IMG/VR virus record: IMGVR_UViG_3300032722_000020
Location: 1 to 61,263 of that record
Direction: 5' to 3' (one strand)
Source: a virus
Taxonomy: Duplodnaviria > Caudoviricetes
Length of the DNA: 61,263 bases
The number at the start of each line of letters is the position of its first letter. Within the stretch, counting starts at the first letter, position 1. Made by a program: the position numbers and the translations under genes. Below, in pieces: positions 1 to 9,905 of this stretch. A model generated the notes under the pieces. That model saw only the letters and a list, made by a program, of their open reading frames with translations, made no database searches and had not been told where the DNA came from.

Positions 1-631
1 CGGCCACTGAAATCCGACAGATTTTCCGCAGCAAAGTGGACGATTTGAAGCGTGATTCCGTTTCCGAGGAAAACATCAAGCGCAGCATTGACGCCGCCGA
101 AATGGGGCTGGCTGGCCGTTGTGAAGACGTGTTTTCCGTCATCAAGCGGACGCTCGCCGACGCCCATTCCAAAGGCACGCAGACCCGGAGCCTCATGCCG
201 ACCGGCGCGGAATTGGAATACTCGGACGAAGTTCGCGGCCATTTCAAGTCCATGCCCGGCTGTTCACACATTGCCGACCTCGGCGGTTTCATGTCCCCCC
301 CGAAACAGGGTCGCAAGTTTGAAGGCAAGATGGTTCGCGGCGGTGCTTCCGCCCGCTGGATGAAGCGCGACGCGCTCGCTTCCGATTTCGGCACAGTTGG
401 CGCGATGATTGCGCCGGAGTTCCGCCCATACATCGAATTGCTCCGCAACTCGACGGTGCTGGACAAACTCGGCTGCACCTACATCGGCGGCTGCAATGGC
501 GAACAAGTTTTCCCGCGTCAGGACGCGGCCACGGTTGCGCAGTCGGTCGCGGAAGGTTCACAGTTAAATCCCTACGACCAGACCCTCGGCCAGATCAAGA
601 TGACGCCCAAGCGCGTGGGTTCCCGCCAGTA
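1..631. repeat. Imperfect terminal direct repeat, copy 1 (pairs with 60633-61263)
   Basis: First ~100 and last ~120 nt are identical; about 44 mostly synonymous substitutions lie between (manual comparison). Confidence 0.97.
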
Positions 632-1232
632 TTACAGCCGCTTGGCTGTGATTCAGGCTGTCCCCGGTTGGGAAACGATGGTCTGGAACGATCACGCGCA
701 GGTTCTTGCGCTGTATCAGGACGAAATGGGCATCAACGGTTCCGGCGCGGCTGACCAGCCGGTTGGCATCCTGAACCAGCCCGGAATCAATCAGTTGGTG
801 TTCGGCGGCACGCCGACCTACAACAACATCCTGAATTTCCGCACGCAAATCCGCAAGTTCAACGTTCCCGGCGAACTCGCCTTCTGCACCACCAGCGTCG
901 GTCAAGGCCGGCTGGCGTATCTGCCCGCCGCGCTCAACGGCTCGACGGTCATCACGCAGGGCGAACTGGACGCCATCTGGAAGGGTGACGAGGAAAACGG
1001 CGAAATGCTCGGCTGCAAGGCGGTGGCGAGCCAACAGATTCCGGGCGACATCCTGCTCGCGGGCGTGTTCAGCCAGTTGCTCATGGCAAGCTGGGGCGGC
1101 ATCTTCACCACGCTCGACAACTATACTCGCGCCGACCGCGACGAAGTGGCGATCACGTTCAACACTTATTTCGACATCGCCGTGCGGCACGCGCAAGCGT
1201 TCACCCGCTCGCTGGATTCGGTCAACCAATAA
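1..1232 (+). CDS. Major capsid protein, HK97 fold (C-terminal part of protease-scaffold-capsid fusion; continues from 59093 across the window join)
   Basis: HK97-like motifs (AQSVAEG, MTPKRVG, INGSGAADQPVGILNQPG, FDIAVRHAQAF). Bases 1-631 repeat 60633-61263 in the same frame as the ORF from 59093. Confidence 0.92.
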   Translation, partial: ATEIRQIFRSKVDDLKRDSVSEENIKRSIDAAEMGLAGRCEDVFSVIKRTLADAHSKGTQTRSLMPTGAELEYSDEVRGHFKSMPGCSHIADLGGFMSPPKQGRKFEGKMVRGGASARWMKRDALASDFGTVGAMIAPEFRPYIELLRNSTVLDKLGCTYIGGCNGEQVFPRQDAATVAQSVAEGSQLNPYDQTLGQIKMTPKRVGSRQYYSRLAVIQAVPGWETMVWNDHAQVLALYQDEMGINGSGAADQPVGILNQPGINQLVFGGTPTYNNILNFRTQIRKFNVPGELAFCTTSVGQGRLAYLPAALNGSTVITQGELDAIWKGDEENGEMLGCKAVASQQIPGDILLAGVFSQLLMASWGGIFTTLDNYTRADRDEVAITFNTYFDIAVRHAQAFTRSLDSVNQ

Positions 1233-1275
1233 TCTGAATCTGAACCATTAAACAAAAAATTCAACGAATAAAAAT

Positions 1276-1890
1276 ATGAAGTTCAACAAATTCATTATCG
1301 GTCTGTTTGCGGTTGGCGCGTTGCTCACCGCAAGCGCGCAGCAGTTCCCAGCGCAAACCCAACGCACCCTCGTTTTGTCCGCTCTGCAAACCATGAGCGG
1401 CGCGGCGGTCGGTGTCGTCACCAACGGGCCGCAGGACAAAATCGGCGCGATTGGTCAAGGCTACATTGACATCTTTTCGCTGACGAACGCCAGCGGAAAC
1501 ATCGAGACGGCGCAGATTTACACCTCGCCCGATCAGACGAACCTGACGGCACTGGCGAATTACGCGCTTATCACTTCGCCGACGACCATCAACGTCACCA
1601 ATTTCCTGTATGGTGGCACGAATGGCCTGACTTGCGCGAATCTATCGCTCCTGCCCGGCACTATCACTACGCCGACATCCGCGACCGCAGGCTACGCCAC
1701 GCCGTATCTGGCTGAATTGCCGTTCACTAATACCGGGGCAATCACCATCACGGCCAAGGGGACATATCGCGTGATTATCAACAACATTCAGGACGCCAAC
1801 CGTTATTTCTACATCATCTATACGCCCAGTGGCACGGCGACGAACATCACGGTCGGGGCAAATCTGACGTTCCCGATTATGCGCCAGTAA
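1276..1890 (+). CDS. Signal-peptide-bearing Thr/Asn-rich protein at the capsid-decoration gene position
   Basis: N-terminus MKFNKFIIGLFAVGALLTASA|QQ; 6 N-x-S/T sequons; directly downstream of the capsid gene. Confidence 0.7.
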   Translation: MKFNKFIIGLFAVGALLTASAQQFPAQTQRTLVLSALQTMSGAAVGVVTNGPQDKIGAIGQGYIDIFSLTNASGNIETAQIYTSPDQTNLTALANYALITSPTTINVTNFLYGGTNGLTCANLSLLPGTITTPTSATAGYATPYLAELPFTNTGAITITAKGTYRVIINNIQDANRYFYIIYTPSGTATNITVGANLTFPIMRQ

Positions 1891-1926
1891 TGGCATCTGC
1901 GATTTAACCACAAACAAAATACCACC

Positions 1927-2349
1927 ATGAAATATATTTGCACAAATCCGTTTCCGAATCCGCCCGGCAAGCCAATCGTCATCGCCGACATCAAGGATGA
2001 ATCCGGCAAGACGACCGTGAAGCAGTCGCATATCACCGTGGACGGCAAGGAAGCCAAGGAACACGTCCACAAGGGCGCAATTTTCAACATCGGCACGGCC
2101 AGCACTTTTAGCGACCTATCGCCGGCTGAAAAAACCTTGGTGGCGCAACTGGTCGTGAGCAAGAAAATCGCCGAAGCCACTCCGCAGACCGTGGAACGCA
2201 TCAACAAGGAAGTCGCCGCCGAGAGATTGGTTTTGGAGCGCGATGCCGCCCGCGATGCGAAAGCCGATCCGATGGCTCCGCTGCGTGAAATTCTGGCCGC
2301 GCTCGCCGAACAGAACGCCGCGATTTTGGCCGCTGTGTCCAAGAAGTAA
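1927..2349 (+). CDS. Hypothetical head-module protein (position of lambda FI-like packaging chaperone)
   Basis: 140-aa ORF with AT-rich initiation region, helical C-terminus, followed by a terminator. Function assigned by position only. Confidence 0.55.
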   Translation: MKYICTNPFPNPPGKPIVIADIKDESGKTTVKQSHITVDGKEAKEHVHKGAIFNIGTASTFSDLSPAEKTLVAQLVVSKKIAEATPQTVERINKEVAAERLVLERDAARDAKADPMAPLREILAALAEQNAAILAAVSKK

Positions 2350-2381
2350 TTTGGGTTGCCGTTTGTTTATTCATAGTTCCG

Positions 2382-2421
2382 CCGCCGTCGAGTTATGTTT
2401 CTCGACGGCGGTTTTATTTTT
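2382..2421 (+). terminator. Rho-independent terminator ending the head operon
   Basis: CCGCCGTCGAG-loop-CTCGACGGCGG followed by TTTTATTTTT. Confidence 0.85.
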
Positions 2422-2491
2422 GACTCCCGCTTAAAGTTGGACGCCGTTAAGAGGTTTAAAACTACCACGGCTAGATTAGTTTCTGGCTATT

Positions 2492-2818
2492 TTAATAACG
2501 CGACCGCGTTTCAACGGCGTCCATTTCCTTCGCCAGCAACGATTCGACCCAATCCGGCACATTTCCCCCCCCCGCGCACCGAAGTTGGCTAACCACGGCT
2601 TGCGTTTCAGCCCGTAGCGCGCGTTTTACAAATTCCGAGAAATCTTCCCCCCGATTCCATTCAATTCTACGCACGGCACGTTTATAAAATCCCACAAGGC
2701 TCAATGGCAGGCCATCGGCGCGTTGTGAGTTACGCGCAGCCCATTTCCATAGCTTGATTGGTTCAGGTATTGGAAGCTGGTAGTGAACCACGCCTGATTT
2801 TGAACGGTGATCTTTCAT
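2492..2818 (-). CDS. Hypothetical protein
   Basis: 108-aa ORF at the distal end of the minus-strand island. Confidence 0.45.
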   Translation of the reverse strand: MKDHRSKSGVVHYQLPIPEPIKLWKWAARNSQRADGLPLSLVGFYKRAVRRIEWNRGEDFSEFVKRALRAETQAVVSQLRCAGGGNVPDWVESLLAKEMDAVETRSRY

Positions 2819-2942
2819 AATTTCAATTCTCCGTTATCCGCCTCGTTCGGCTTCATCGCGGCGAACGTCTCCGCAAAGTTGTATTTGCGGCGGTGGCTCT
2901 TCGGAACCGGCACGTTGGACTGAATGGTGAAGGAGACTTTTT

Positions 2943-3317
2943 TCATAAACAAAACTCCGGTTGCCGCTCCGCGACCGGAGCCTTGTTACGCCGAAGAAAC
3001 TCCTTGGCGAGCGCGTAGCTTGCCAGCCGATACTGCCAGACAACACGGCTCTTGGATTCTGGCTTCTTCGATCTGCGCCAGTGCTCGGTCATCGTGAGTA
3101 GTCCGCGCAGTTTTAGTGGTAGCCACACGTTACCGATTAAATTCTTGTCCTCTGGGCGCACGAAGCTCAAGTCCACTTCGTCCGTGAAATGTGCGCCGTC
3201 GTTCTCAACAAAGAATTTCACCACGGCCACGGCGATTGCTAAAAGCTGCGGTGATTTCCAGAGCCATTGTTGCTGCGATGCGTCGGCTAAAACTTCGGTG
3301 GTGGTTCGGTCAGACAT
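2943..3317 (-). CDS. Hypothetical protein (possible winged-helix)
   Basis: 124-aa ORF with AAAAAT-ATG start context. Confidence 0.6.
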   Translation of the reverse strand: MSDRTTTEVLADASQQQWLWKSPQLLAIAVAVVKFFVENDGAHFTDEVDLSFVRPEDKNLIGNVWLPLKLRGLLTMTEHWRRSKKPESKSRVVWQYRLASYALAKEFLRRNKAPVAERQPEFCL

Positions 3318-3386
3318 ATTTTTATTTTATTTCGCAGCCATAATTACATGGCCGGTCGAGGTAACGGGCTGGTTTGGTGATTTGTT

Positions 3387-3917
3387 TCATATTAAATAAT
3401 CTTGCGTGTTGGCTTCATTACCCCACGTCATCCACCCTGAACGTGGCCGGCGCGCGAACATTTCTAGCTTTGGCGTGGCAGTTGAAACCCGCTCGATGGC
3501 GGCATAGGCTGCGTCCGGTTTCGCGGAATGTTCCCCACGCGGCGCGATGATGACGGATGGCACGTTGCGAACGGGCGGCAACATGGTTTTCCCACGCACG
3601 CCGAACAAACAAAGTTCGTGTTGTCCGCGCAAATACTGGCCTATTCCAAAGCGGTCTTTGACCCACACAAGATTTGTGACATAGCGAAAACCAAGTTTTA
3701 CCATAATGTCCAAGCCGAGCGGTAATCGGTTATTAGTCACCCAAAGCCACAAATGGCAATCGTCGGCTGGATTCCAGACCGGCGCATTTCGGATTACTTC
3801 AATCATGTCCTTGTCCTTCACGACGGAGTAATGACGCTGCGCGCCACGACATATCTTCCCCCCCCCTGTCTCTGCCCACGGCGGATCGGCGGCGATGACT
3901 TTGAACGGTTCGCTCAC
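3387..3917 (-). CDS. MT-A70 family DNA adenine methyltransferase
   Basis: VIAADPPW, HLWLWVTN, YLRGQHELCLFG, EHSAKP, LEMFAR, GWMTWGNE. GTG start overlaps the upstream stop. Confidence 0.93.
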   Translation of the reverse strand: MSEPFKVIAADPPWAETGGGKICRGAQRHYSVVKDKDMIEVIRNAPVWNPADDCHLWLWVTNNRLPLGLDIMVKLGFRYVTNLVWVKDRFGIGQYLRGQHELCLFGVRGKTMLPPVRNVPSVIIAPRGEHSAKPDAAYAAIERVSTATPKLEMFARRPRSGWMTWGNEANTQDYLI

Positions 3918-4090
3918 GGCTTTTCCCCCTCTGGCTTGAAGCCCCACCGCTTTGCGGCGGATGCCAGCCCCGCCTTGCGATATTGTTCAGGCGTGCGGCG
4001 TTTGGTCGGGCCGGTTGTTTTCCCCCCCTTGCTGCCCATGTAGGCGAACACGGCGGAGATTTGAGACTTTGTTGGCTTGTGTGTTTTCAT
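3914..4090 (-). CDS. Small basic KGG-motif protein (58 aa, absent from ORF track)
   Basis: MKTHKPTKSQISAVFAYMGSKGGKTTGPTKRRTPEQYRKAGLASAAKRW. Confidence 0.65.
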   Translation of the reverse strand: MKTHKPTKSQISAVFAYMGSKGGKTTGPTKRRTPEQYRKAGLASAAKRWGFKPEGEKP

Positions 4091-4118
4091 TGGTTTAATT
4101 TTGGTTGGTGGTTTATGG

Positions 4119-4370
4119 TTATTCGCGTAAAAGTTTTACCGTCACCGGCCCTTCGCGGAAGTTCGGGCTGGTAATTGTGCCGTCCACAAAAGCCTTTTCT
4201 TTTTCAGTTAAGTTTTTCCACTTGGCAATCAAGATGCCCTTGCCGCGAATCAGCGCGACCGGCAAATCTCCGCAAAGCGATCCGGCAGAGTAACCGCGCG
4301 ATGCGACAAAAGATTGCGCGGAATACAATGCGGCGAATGTTCCTTTTTCTGTAAATTCAATGGTTTGCAT
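4119..4370 (-). CDS. Hypothetical phage protein
   Basis: 83-aa ORF in a tightly packed minus-strand operon. Confidence 0.7.
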   Translation of the reverse strand: MQTIEFTEKGTFAALYSAQSFVASRGYSAGSLCGDLPVALIRGKGILIAKWKNLTEKEKAFVDGTITSPNFREGPVTVKLLRE

Positions 4371-4383
4371 AGTTCAATTATTT

Positions 4384-4809
4384 TCAGATTTCCCCCCCGC
4401 TTTCCATCGGCAGCGCGTCCCAATACTCGGCGAACAATTCCGGCATGACTTCTTCCAAAGCGCGGCAGGCTTGGCGGAATGTCACCGGCTCGCGCTTGCC
4501 CGCCCCGTTGCATTGTTCCTGCACCAAGAGCGCAGCCGTGTAAGCGTTCGCCCAGATTCCCCCCGTCGTCCCCCGCCTGTGTTCGGCTTGCTGCTGCCAA
4601 TAGTCTGCCCAAGTCTTTGCCAATTTCCCCAAGCGGCCAGACTCGTAACCGGCGCGGATGGCTTTGGCCGCGCTTGCTGGCGTGTGGTGGAATGATTTCA
4701 CGATTGCACCTCGCTTCCAGTTGTGGACATCGCCAAAGGCAAGGCGAATGTGGTTAAACTCCGTCTTGAAATCGGCGAATTGCTTTTGCAGTTTCTTGGA
4801 TGCTTTCAT
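4384..4809 (-). CDS. Hypothetical protein
   Basis: 141-aa ORF in the operon. Confidence 0.65.
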   Translation of the reverse strand: MKASKKLQKQFADFKTEFNHIRLAFGDVHNWKRGAIVKSFHHTPASAAKAIRAGYESGRLGKLAKTWADYWQQQAEHRRGTTGGIWANAYTAALLVQEQCNGAGKREPVTFRQACRALEEVMPELFAEYWDALPMESGGEI

Positions 4810-4812
4810 AAC

Positions 4813-5256
4813 TCACTTCCCCCCTTTCGCGGTGGCGATGATGGAGCGGACAGCGATTTGAGCCGCTTCAACATTTTTGCGCGAAGCTGTGTTGCCGCTT
4901 TCCCCAAACATTTCCAAAACGGTGACTTCGCGGTCAAGACTTTCCAAAGCCGCCAGCAATTCCAAGCCAGCATCGCGCAATTCCGCATCGTCGCACCATT
5001 CCGCCGAATTGTAGCAAACCACATTCAGCGCCATTTTGCACAGGCACAACGCTTCTTCGCGCTCCTGTCTGGCGTCATTCAGAGCCATTTTGCAAAGTTT
5101 TTTGCCGTCGTCGTCACCGCAAAGGGCAATCGCCGTTTCAAGATACTCTGCTCCGGTGGCGTAGTCCCCACCATCGAGGCAAGCAATCGCGTGTTTTAGA
5201 TTTGGCAGGAACCGTTTTGATTTGAACTTTTTGTCTTTTGTCGTTTTCATTTTCAT
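4813..5256 (-). CDS. Hypothetical protein
   Basis: 147-aa ORF with internal repeat LCKMALN x2. Confidence 0.65.
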   Translation of the reverse strand: MKMKTTKDKKFKSKRFLPNLKHAIACLDGGDYATGAEYLETAIALCGDDDGKKLCKMALNDARQEREEALCLCKMALNVVCYNSAEWCDDAELRDAGLELLAALESLDREVTVLEMFGESGNTASRKNVEAAQIAVRSIIATAKGGK

Positions 5257-5366
5257 TCTTTCGTTTTTGGCCTAACAAGGCCGGTTTGTTTTTTGCGTCT
5301 TGAATCCCTAACGCTTTTTTTGTTAATTCCCCAAATTCTAACGATTTTAGTTTGTCCTTAATGGTT

Positions 5367-6320
5367 TTACTGATTGACCAGCCATTCGCGGCACAATACC
5401 GGCTGGCGAATTTTCCCCGAATACGTTAATCCCATGCCGGCGATCCGCACCACCGACCCCACGCGGATTCTGTCAATCGCTCCGCCGCCGAATTTGCACG
5501 CACCCCGCGCCTCTCCGGTGACGGCATCGCAGATTTGCGCGCTTTGGGTTCCACCGGTGGCGGTCACACGGCAAACGTAGATTGATTCAACCTTATGGCA
5601 AAGCATAGAACCCCACGTATCACCCCAGCCGTGCGCGCAGACGCCTTCAAAGTTTCCGGACATCATGCACGCCTCAATAATTTCCGGAGCGATGACATCT
5701 GCTATGACTAAAGCACCGTCGCGAGGTTCGCGGCACAGTGTCGCGCAAAGCTCGTTCCAGCGCGTCCGGGTGGATTCGGTCAGCATATTGCGCCCGTTCA
5801 ATTCTAAGAGCGTAAAGGCGGCAAAGAACGAGCCATGCCGCTCAATCCGTTGGCGGTCGTCATTGGTCAGGAACGCGCCAGATTTAGCGCGCACCAACTC
5901 CCCAAGCAAAACGGCATTCCCCACGCGCCTTGTGGACAGTTCGCCGTCATATTTGCGTTGAATGAGGTAATCAACCGGCGACCAGCCGCGCGCCTCGGCT
6001 AGTGTAACCAGATGTTTGCGCGGATGCGGCAGCACCTCGGCGAGCTTGGCAGCATCGCCGCCGAAGGGCACGCCGCTCGTTTCTTCCGTGTAACCCTTGG
6101 CGGTTTTCTCGCGGACAAGCGCGGCGAAAATCTTTTCCGCCTCGGCAAGAGACACCGGCACGCGGGTTTTAGTCCCCTCGGCCAACTTTGCCCCACGCTT
6201 TCCGAATTGAAACTCTACGCGGTAGGCTTTCCCGCCGCCGTCCACGTCCACGACCTGCGCGAAATAAACCTTGTCGCTGTTGGTGGCAGAATCCCGGTAA
6301 AATAGTTTGATTGTTTTCAT
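5367..6320 (-). CDS. WGR-domain protein fused to a divergent ATP-dependent DNA ligase-like domain
   Basis: N-terminal NSDKVY..FQFGKRG..EKTAKGY (WGR). Ligase motif I QRKYDGE, FEGVCAH, and C-terminal GKIRQPV. Confidence 0.75.
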   Translation of the reverse strand: MKTIKLFYRDSATNSDKVYFAQVVDVDGGGKAYRVEFQFGKRGAKLAEGTKTRVPVSLAEAEKIFAALVREKTAKGYTEETSGVPFGGDAAKLAEVLPHPRKHLVTLAEARGWSPVDYLIQRKYDGELSTRRVGNAVLLGELVRAKSGAFLTNDDRQRIERHGSFFAAFTLLELNGRNMLTESTRTRWNELCATLCREPRDGALVIADVIAPEIIEACMMSGNFEGVCAHGWGDTWGSMLCHKVESIYVCRVTATGGTQSAQICDAVTGEARGACKFGGGAIDRIRVGSVVRIAGMGLTYSGKIRQPVLCREWLVNQ

Positions 6321-6329
6321 TGCTTCTTA

Positions 6330-6358
6330 AATATACCAAGCGGCTTGCGTTTCGTCAA
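6330..6358 (-). promoter_or_regulatory. Sigma70-like promoter with palindromic operator CAAGCGGCTTG
   Basis: Minus strand TTGACG-N17-TATATT; operator at 6337-6347. Confidence 0.75.
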
Positions 6359-6371
6359 AGGATATTTTTGC

Positions 6372-9300
6372 CTATTCGATAGTTTTTTCCGCCAACATAG
6401 AAAACGGACTGCCGGCGCTAATTTGTTGGTTGCCGTTGAAATACTGCGCGGCATCCTTGTCCTGTAATTCCTCGGCTGCTTGTTCGCCGCTCCGCAGCCA
6501 GCCCTTTAGCCGGCCATGCTCGACGTTTAGCGCAAGGATGAATTTTTTGTTTAGGCGCAAATGAAGATTGCCGTTTTTGAACGCCTTCACGTCAAACAAT
6601 GTTCCAAAACCAACGCGCCCGGTCGTCACGGTTTTGTCACGGAAGAAAAATTCTTCCGTCTGTCCGCTCCTCCAGTTGCCTAGATTACGGAGTGAATAAG
6701 TCATGTCTCCGCTTGGATCAAAACCGAGATTGCGGGCAATCGTCCGCAAGTCGCCGATAAATTCCGCCGCGCGCTGGTCTAGCTCTTCACGTCCCCAGCG
6801 GTTTTCAATCCCCCCCATGCGATGCGTCACGATGCGGTAATCTAGCGCGTAATGCGTGTTTTTCACTTCCGGCTTTCCGTAACGCCAGCCGCTTTCCTCC
6901 CACGTTTTTTTGTTGGACTTGTAAAGCGTCACGTTGCACTTGGCTACCATGTTTTCATAGACCTCTATCAACTGCGAATCAATGTAACTGTTTGCGTTTT
7001 TGATAACCCACAAAACGACCTCCAGAATGTTTGAAACGGTAAAATCAACCGAAACGTGCGAATGTAGCCGCCCCAAAAGTTCCTTGCGGCTGGCACTGGT
7101 CAATCGGCTGGTGATGGTTCCGAGATTGCTAAAAAGTTCCATCCAGTAATCATTCTTCAAACCGTTTAACCGTTCCTTTAGACATTTCAAGATTGTTTTT
7201 GGCTCGATGGCGAACTCTTTCAAAAGCTCGGCGTCCAGTTGCGCGCAAAGCTGATAATTCTTGTAAATCTTCGACATTTCGGCGTTGTAAAGCCCCACCA
7301 GCGTTTCGGGATAGTTGGCCCCGACCACCAGCCCGGAGAACTCCGGGCGTTTGGCTTCTCGGTATTCTTCCCGCTCGGCCTTGTCCCCCGCCGGACGTGC
7401 TTCGCTGGCTTTGAACTTGTTAATCAGGTCGGCAAATTGTTCTTCAAAGAAACGGTTAAAGGCGTCATCTTCCCCCCGCTCGTCTCCGTAAGTTTCTTTG
7501 CGGTCACTGCGGCGCATATTGACATCAATAAGATGCACCACGGAGCGGGCGCGGCGATCCTCGGCGTCGGCAAAATCAAACTTGCCCACAATGCGCGCGG
7601 ACACGTCGCGGAATTTCAAAGCGTCTTTGATGCGCTGCGAATTTTCCCACCGGCACGGCAGCACCAAATAAACATTGCGAGAAGCGGCTTGCCGGATGAT
7701 TTTTTCTGCCCAGATTTCATATTCCGAGTAAGGCGGATTGCAGAAAATCACGTCCACGGTTTTAGACAATAGGCTTTGTTCGTGAAAGTCGGTTCCGACA
7801 ATCAAAATATCCTTGTCTAGTTCGGCGCAAAGGATTGGGCTTTTCTCAATGGCGTGCAGGCTGTCAATTCCGCAACGCTCTTTGATGGCGTTCAAAACTT
7901 TTCCGTTCCCCGCGCCGATGTCTAAAACGCTGCTGTGTCCGTAAATGTTGCTATCGTTGTCATTTTTAAGGCTTATGCACCGGCAAAGTTTATCAATTAT
8001 TTCATTCGTCGTCGGGTAAAATTCCCCATCTTGGCCGGCTTGCTTCAACTCCTCGACAAGCGGCGAAATTCGCTTTTGCGGTTCGCTGTTTCGGGCCAGT
8101 GGCACGGCTGGACAGTCACAATCCACCACGCGCGCGGCCTTGTAACTGTCCAAGACGGATTTCCCCACGCCTTGCGCGTAGTATTCAGGAAGGCTTAAAG
8201 GCTCGGCGGGTTTCTTTTCTACGGTTACGCCAATCTGTTTTGCCTTGTGCCGGATAAATTCGGATTCAATCGGGCATTGATCCCCCGCGCGACATTCGGC
8301 GGAATAATCTTGCCAGAGTTTGAACACTGCCAAAACTTCAAGACAGGATTCATCGGCAATCTTTCGCATGGTGGCGCGGAAAGCGGGCGCAGTTTCGGCG
8401 AAAACTTCCGCCAATCCAGACGGATTTTTTTCTTCCGGCTTCACCGGCTCATCAGCAATGTTTGCAACTGTCGGCACGCCAGCCCCCGCAAGCTGGTTTG
8501 CAAAGGCAAGATTTTCCGGCGTGTTTTTGTGATACCAGCAGGAAGAAAAGCGCGACCAACGCCAGCCAGCCGACTTGAGTTGCGCGAGAACTTCCGCCGC
8601 CGGTTTGCTGGCGAAATGGATTTCGATGCCGTTTTTTTCCGCGTTGGTTTTCACGGTGGCACCGCTGCCGGCGGAAACGGTTTCCGCTTGCGTCGGCGCG
8701 GTCGGTTCCGGCTTGGCTTCCGGCTGATTCCCCCCGCCGTTGGATTTGAACACAATCCGGCACCAGTGCAAGCCCTGCCGAGATTGATAATTTGAAAATG
8801 CGACTTGATCCGCTGGCGTCATCTGCTCGGTTTTGTTGTAAAATCCTTGACCGTAGGTTTCAAAAAGTCGCTTGAACGTGTCGCAATCTTCGCCAGCAAA
8901 TTCTTTTTCATCCACGCGATCAAACTCCGCGCCCGCCGGCCATGTGGTCAGTTTCAAAAGCTGGTTTATGTGCTGCTGTAAATCGCGGTCATCATTTTCC
9001 CCAAGCAAGCCGAGGGTGTATTGGCCGGCGAACTCGATGCCTTGCAACTCGCACAAGCTGCGCCCGATGGCGTCGTGCAATTCATTCGGAAAGCTGCGTT
9101 GCTCCATTACATATTTTGCCCCGCCGTAAATGTCCGGCCATTGGTTGCCGCTGTCGCGGTAAATATCTTCCATCCCGTCAAAGTGTCCTTCCTGATATTT
9201 TCCGGTTATTTTCTCAACCGCTTCTTTCGTCGGCCCGGCCTGCCAATGAACATCAATAGAATTTCCCCCCGTGTAGCTGTCGGAAGTCACAGAGAATTTA

Positions 9301-9800
9301 ATGCCAGGAAAAGCCCGTTTCAATTCGGCGCGAATGTTCTTTGCGCCCAAGACATGCGACCGGCAACCGCTGGCGGTAGTTTGCAGGAAAGCAAATTCAA
9401 TCGCCCATTGCGCCCGCTGTGCGGCTTGCTGCTCGGCTTTGATAATCGCGGCGGCGGCTCGCTCGGCGTCAATCCTCGCTTTGTTTTCCCCCGCCGTGCG
9501 GATGGCGTCAATCAGTTCGTCCGCGCTTAAAATCCGGTTGCCCATCTGCCAGCCGGCGTGACCGTTGCTGTCCACTTCGCGCACTTGTGCATCGTGTCCA
9601 TCTTCCAAGCAAAGCGCGCGCATGGTTCCGGGCGTGGTGTAATTCGACGGAGGCAACGGGCCAAGAATAACAAACTCTTTCAGCGGGTTAGCGCGATCCT
9701 CATAAGTGATTATTTGCCCAACGGCTAAAGGCGTTGCTGGCGTTTCCATTTCCTCAACAAGCCGCCCTTGTTCGTTCAAGTTGTAAGTGGTGATTTTCAT
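6372..9800 (-). CDS. Polyvalent protein: LPD29-like domain + class I SAM methyltransferase + DUF4942-like C-terminus
   Basis: KNIRAELKRAFPGIKFSVTSDSYTGGNSIDVHW (LPD29-like); EFYPT, VLDIGAGNG, FCNPPY (amino-MTase); FKNGNLHL near the C-terminus. Confidence 0.82.
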   Translation of the reverse strand: MKITTYNLNEQGRLVEEMETPATPLAVGQIITYEDRANPLKEFVILGPLPPSNYTTPGTMRALCLEDGHDAQVREVDSNGHAGWQMGNRILSADELIDAIRTAGENKARIDAERAAAAIIKAEQQAAQRAQWAIEFAFLQTTASGCRSHVLGAKNIRAELKRAFPGIKFSVTSDSYTGGNSIDVHWQAGPTKEAVEKITGKYQEGHFDGMEDIYRDSGNQWPDIYGGAKYVMEQRSFPNELHDAIGRSLCELQGIEFAGQYTLGLLGENDDRDLQQHINQLLKLTTWPAGAEFDRVDEKEFAGEDCDTFKRLFETYGQGFYNKTEQMTPADQVAFSNYQSRQGLHWCRIVFKSNGGGNQPEAKPEPTAPTQAETVSAGSGATVKTNAEKNGIEIHFASKPAAEVLAQLKSAGWRWSRFSSCWYHKNTPENLAFANQLAGAGVPTVANIADEPVKPEEKNPSGLAEVFAETAPAFRATMRKIADESCLEVLAVFKLWQDYSAECRAGDQCPIESEFIRHKAKQIGVTVEKKPAEPLSLPEYYAQGVGKSVLDSYKAARVVDCDCPAVPLARNSEPQKRISPLVEELKQAGQDGEFYPTTNEIIDKLCRCISLKNDNDSNIYGHSSVLDIGAGNGKVLNAIKERCGIDSLHAIEKSPILCAELDKDILIVGTDFHEQSLLSKTVDVIFCNPPYSEYEIWAEKIIRQAASRNVYLVLPCRWENSQRIKDALKFRDVSARIVGKFDFADAEDRRARSVVHLIDVNMRRSDRKETYGDERGEDDAFNRFFEEQFADLINKFKASEARPAGDKAEREEYREAKRPEFSGLVVGANYPETLVGLYNAEMSKIYKNYQLCAQLDAELLKEFAIEPKTILKCLKERLNGLKNDYWMELFSNLGTITSRLTSASRKELLGRLHSHVSVDFTVSNILEVVLWVIKNANSYIDSQLIEVYENMVAKCNVTLYKSNKKTWEESGWRYGKPEVKNTHYALDYRIVTHRMGGIENRWGREELDQRAAEFIGDLRTIARNLGFDPSGDMTYSLRNLGNWRSGQTEEFFFRDKTVTTGRVGFGTLFDVKAFKNGNLHLRLNKKFILALNVEHGRLKGWLRSGEQAAEELQDKDAAQYFNGNQQISAGSPFSMLAEKTIE

Positions 9801-9857
9801 ATTTTTTTATCTCTACCGGAAACCGCCGGCACGGGTTAATTTTTCAGTGACAATTCA

Positions 9858-9887
9858 GTTTATATCAAACGGTTTGTTTTATGTCAA
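9858..9887 (-). promoter_or_regulatory. Sigma70-like promoter with palindromic operator CAAACGGTTTG
   Basis: Minus strand TTGACA-N17-TATAAA; operator at 9866-9876. Confidence 0.8.
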
Positions 9888-9905
9888 TTATTTTTTAATT
9901 TATTT

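Noticed and set aside
1-631. Diverged repeat as a diversity-generating retroelement TR/VR pair
   Set aside because: Differences are mostly synonymous and not adenine-specific, and no reverse transcriptase was found.
564-1229. Long antisense ORFs (also 22246-23277, 55825-56670)
   Set aside because: Shadow frames of GC-rich genes with no motifs.
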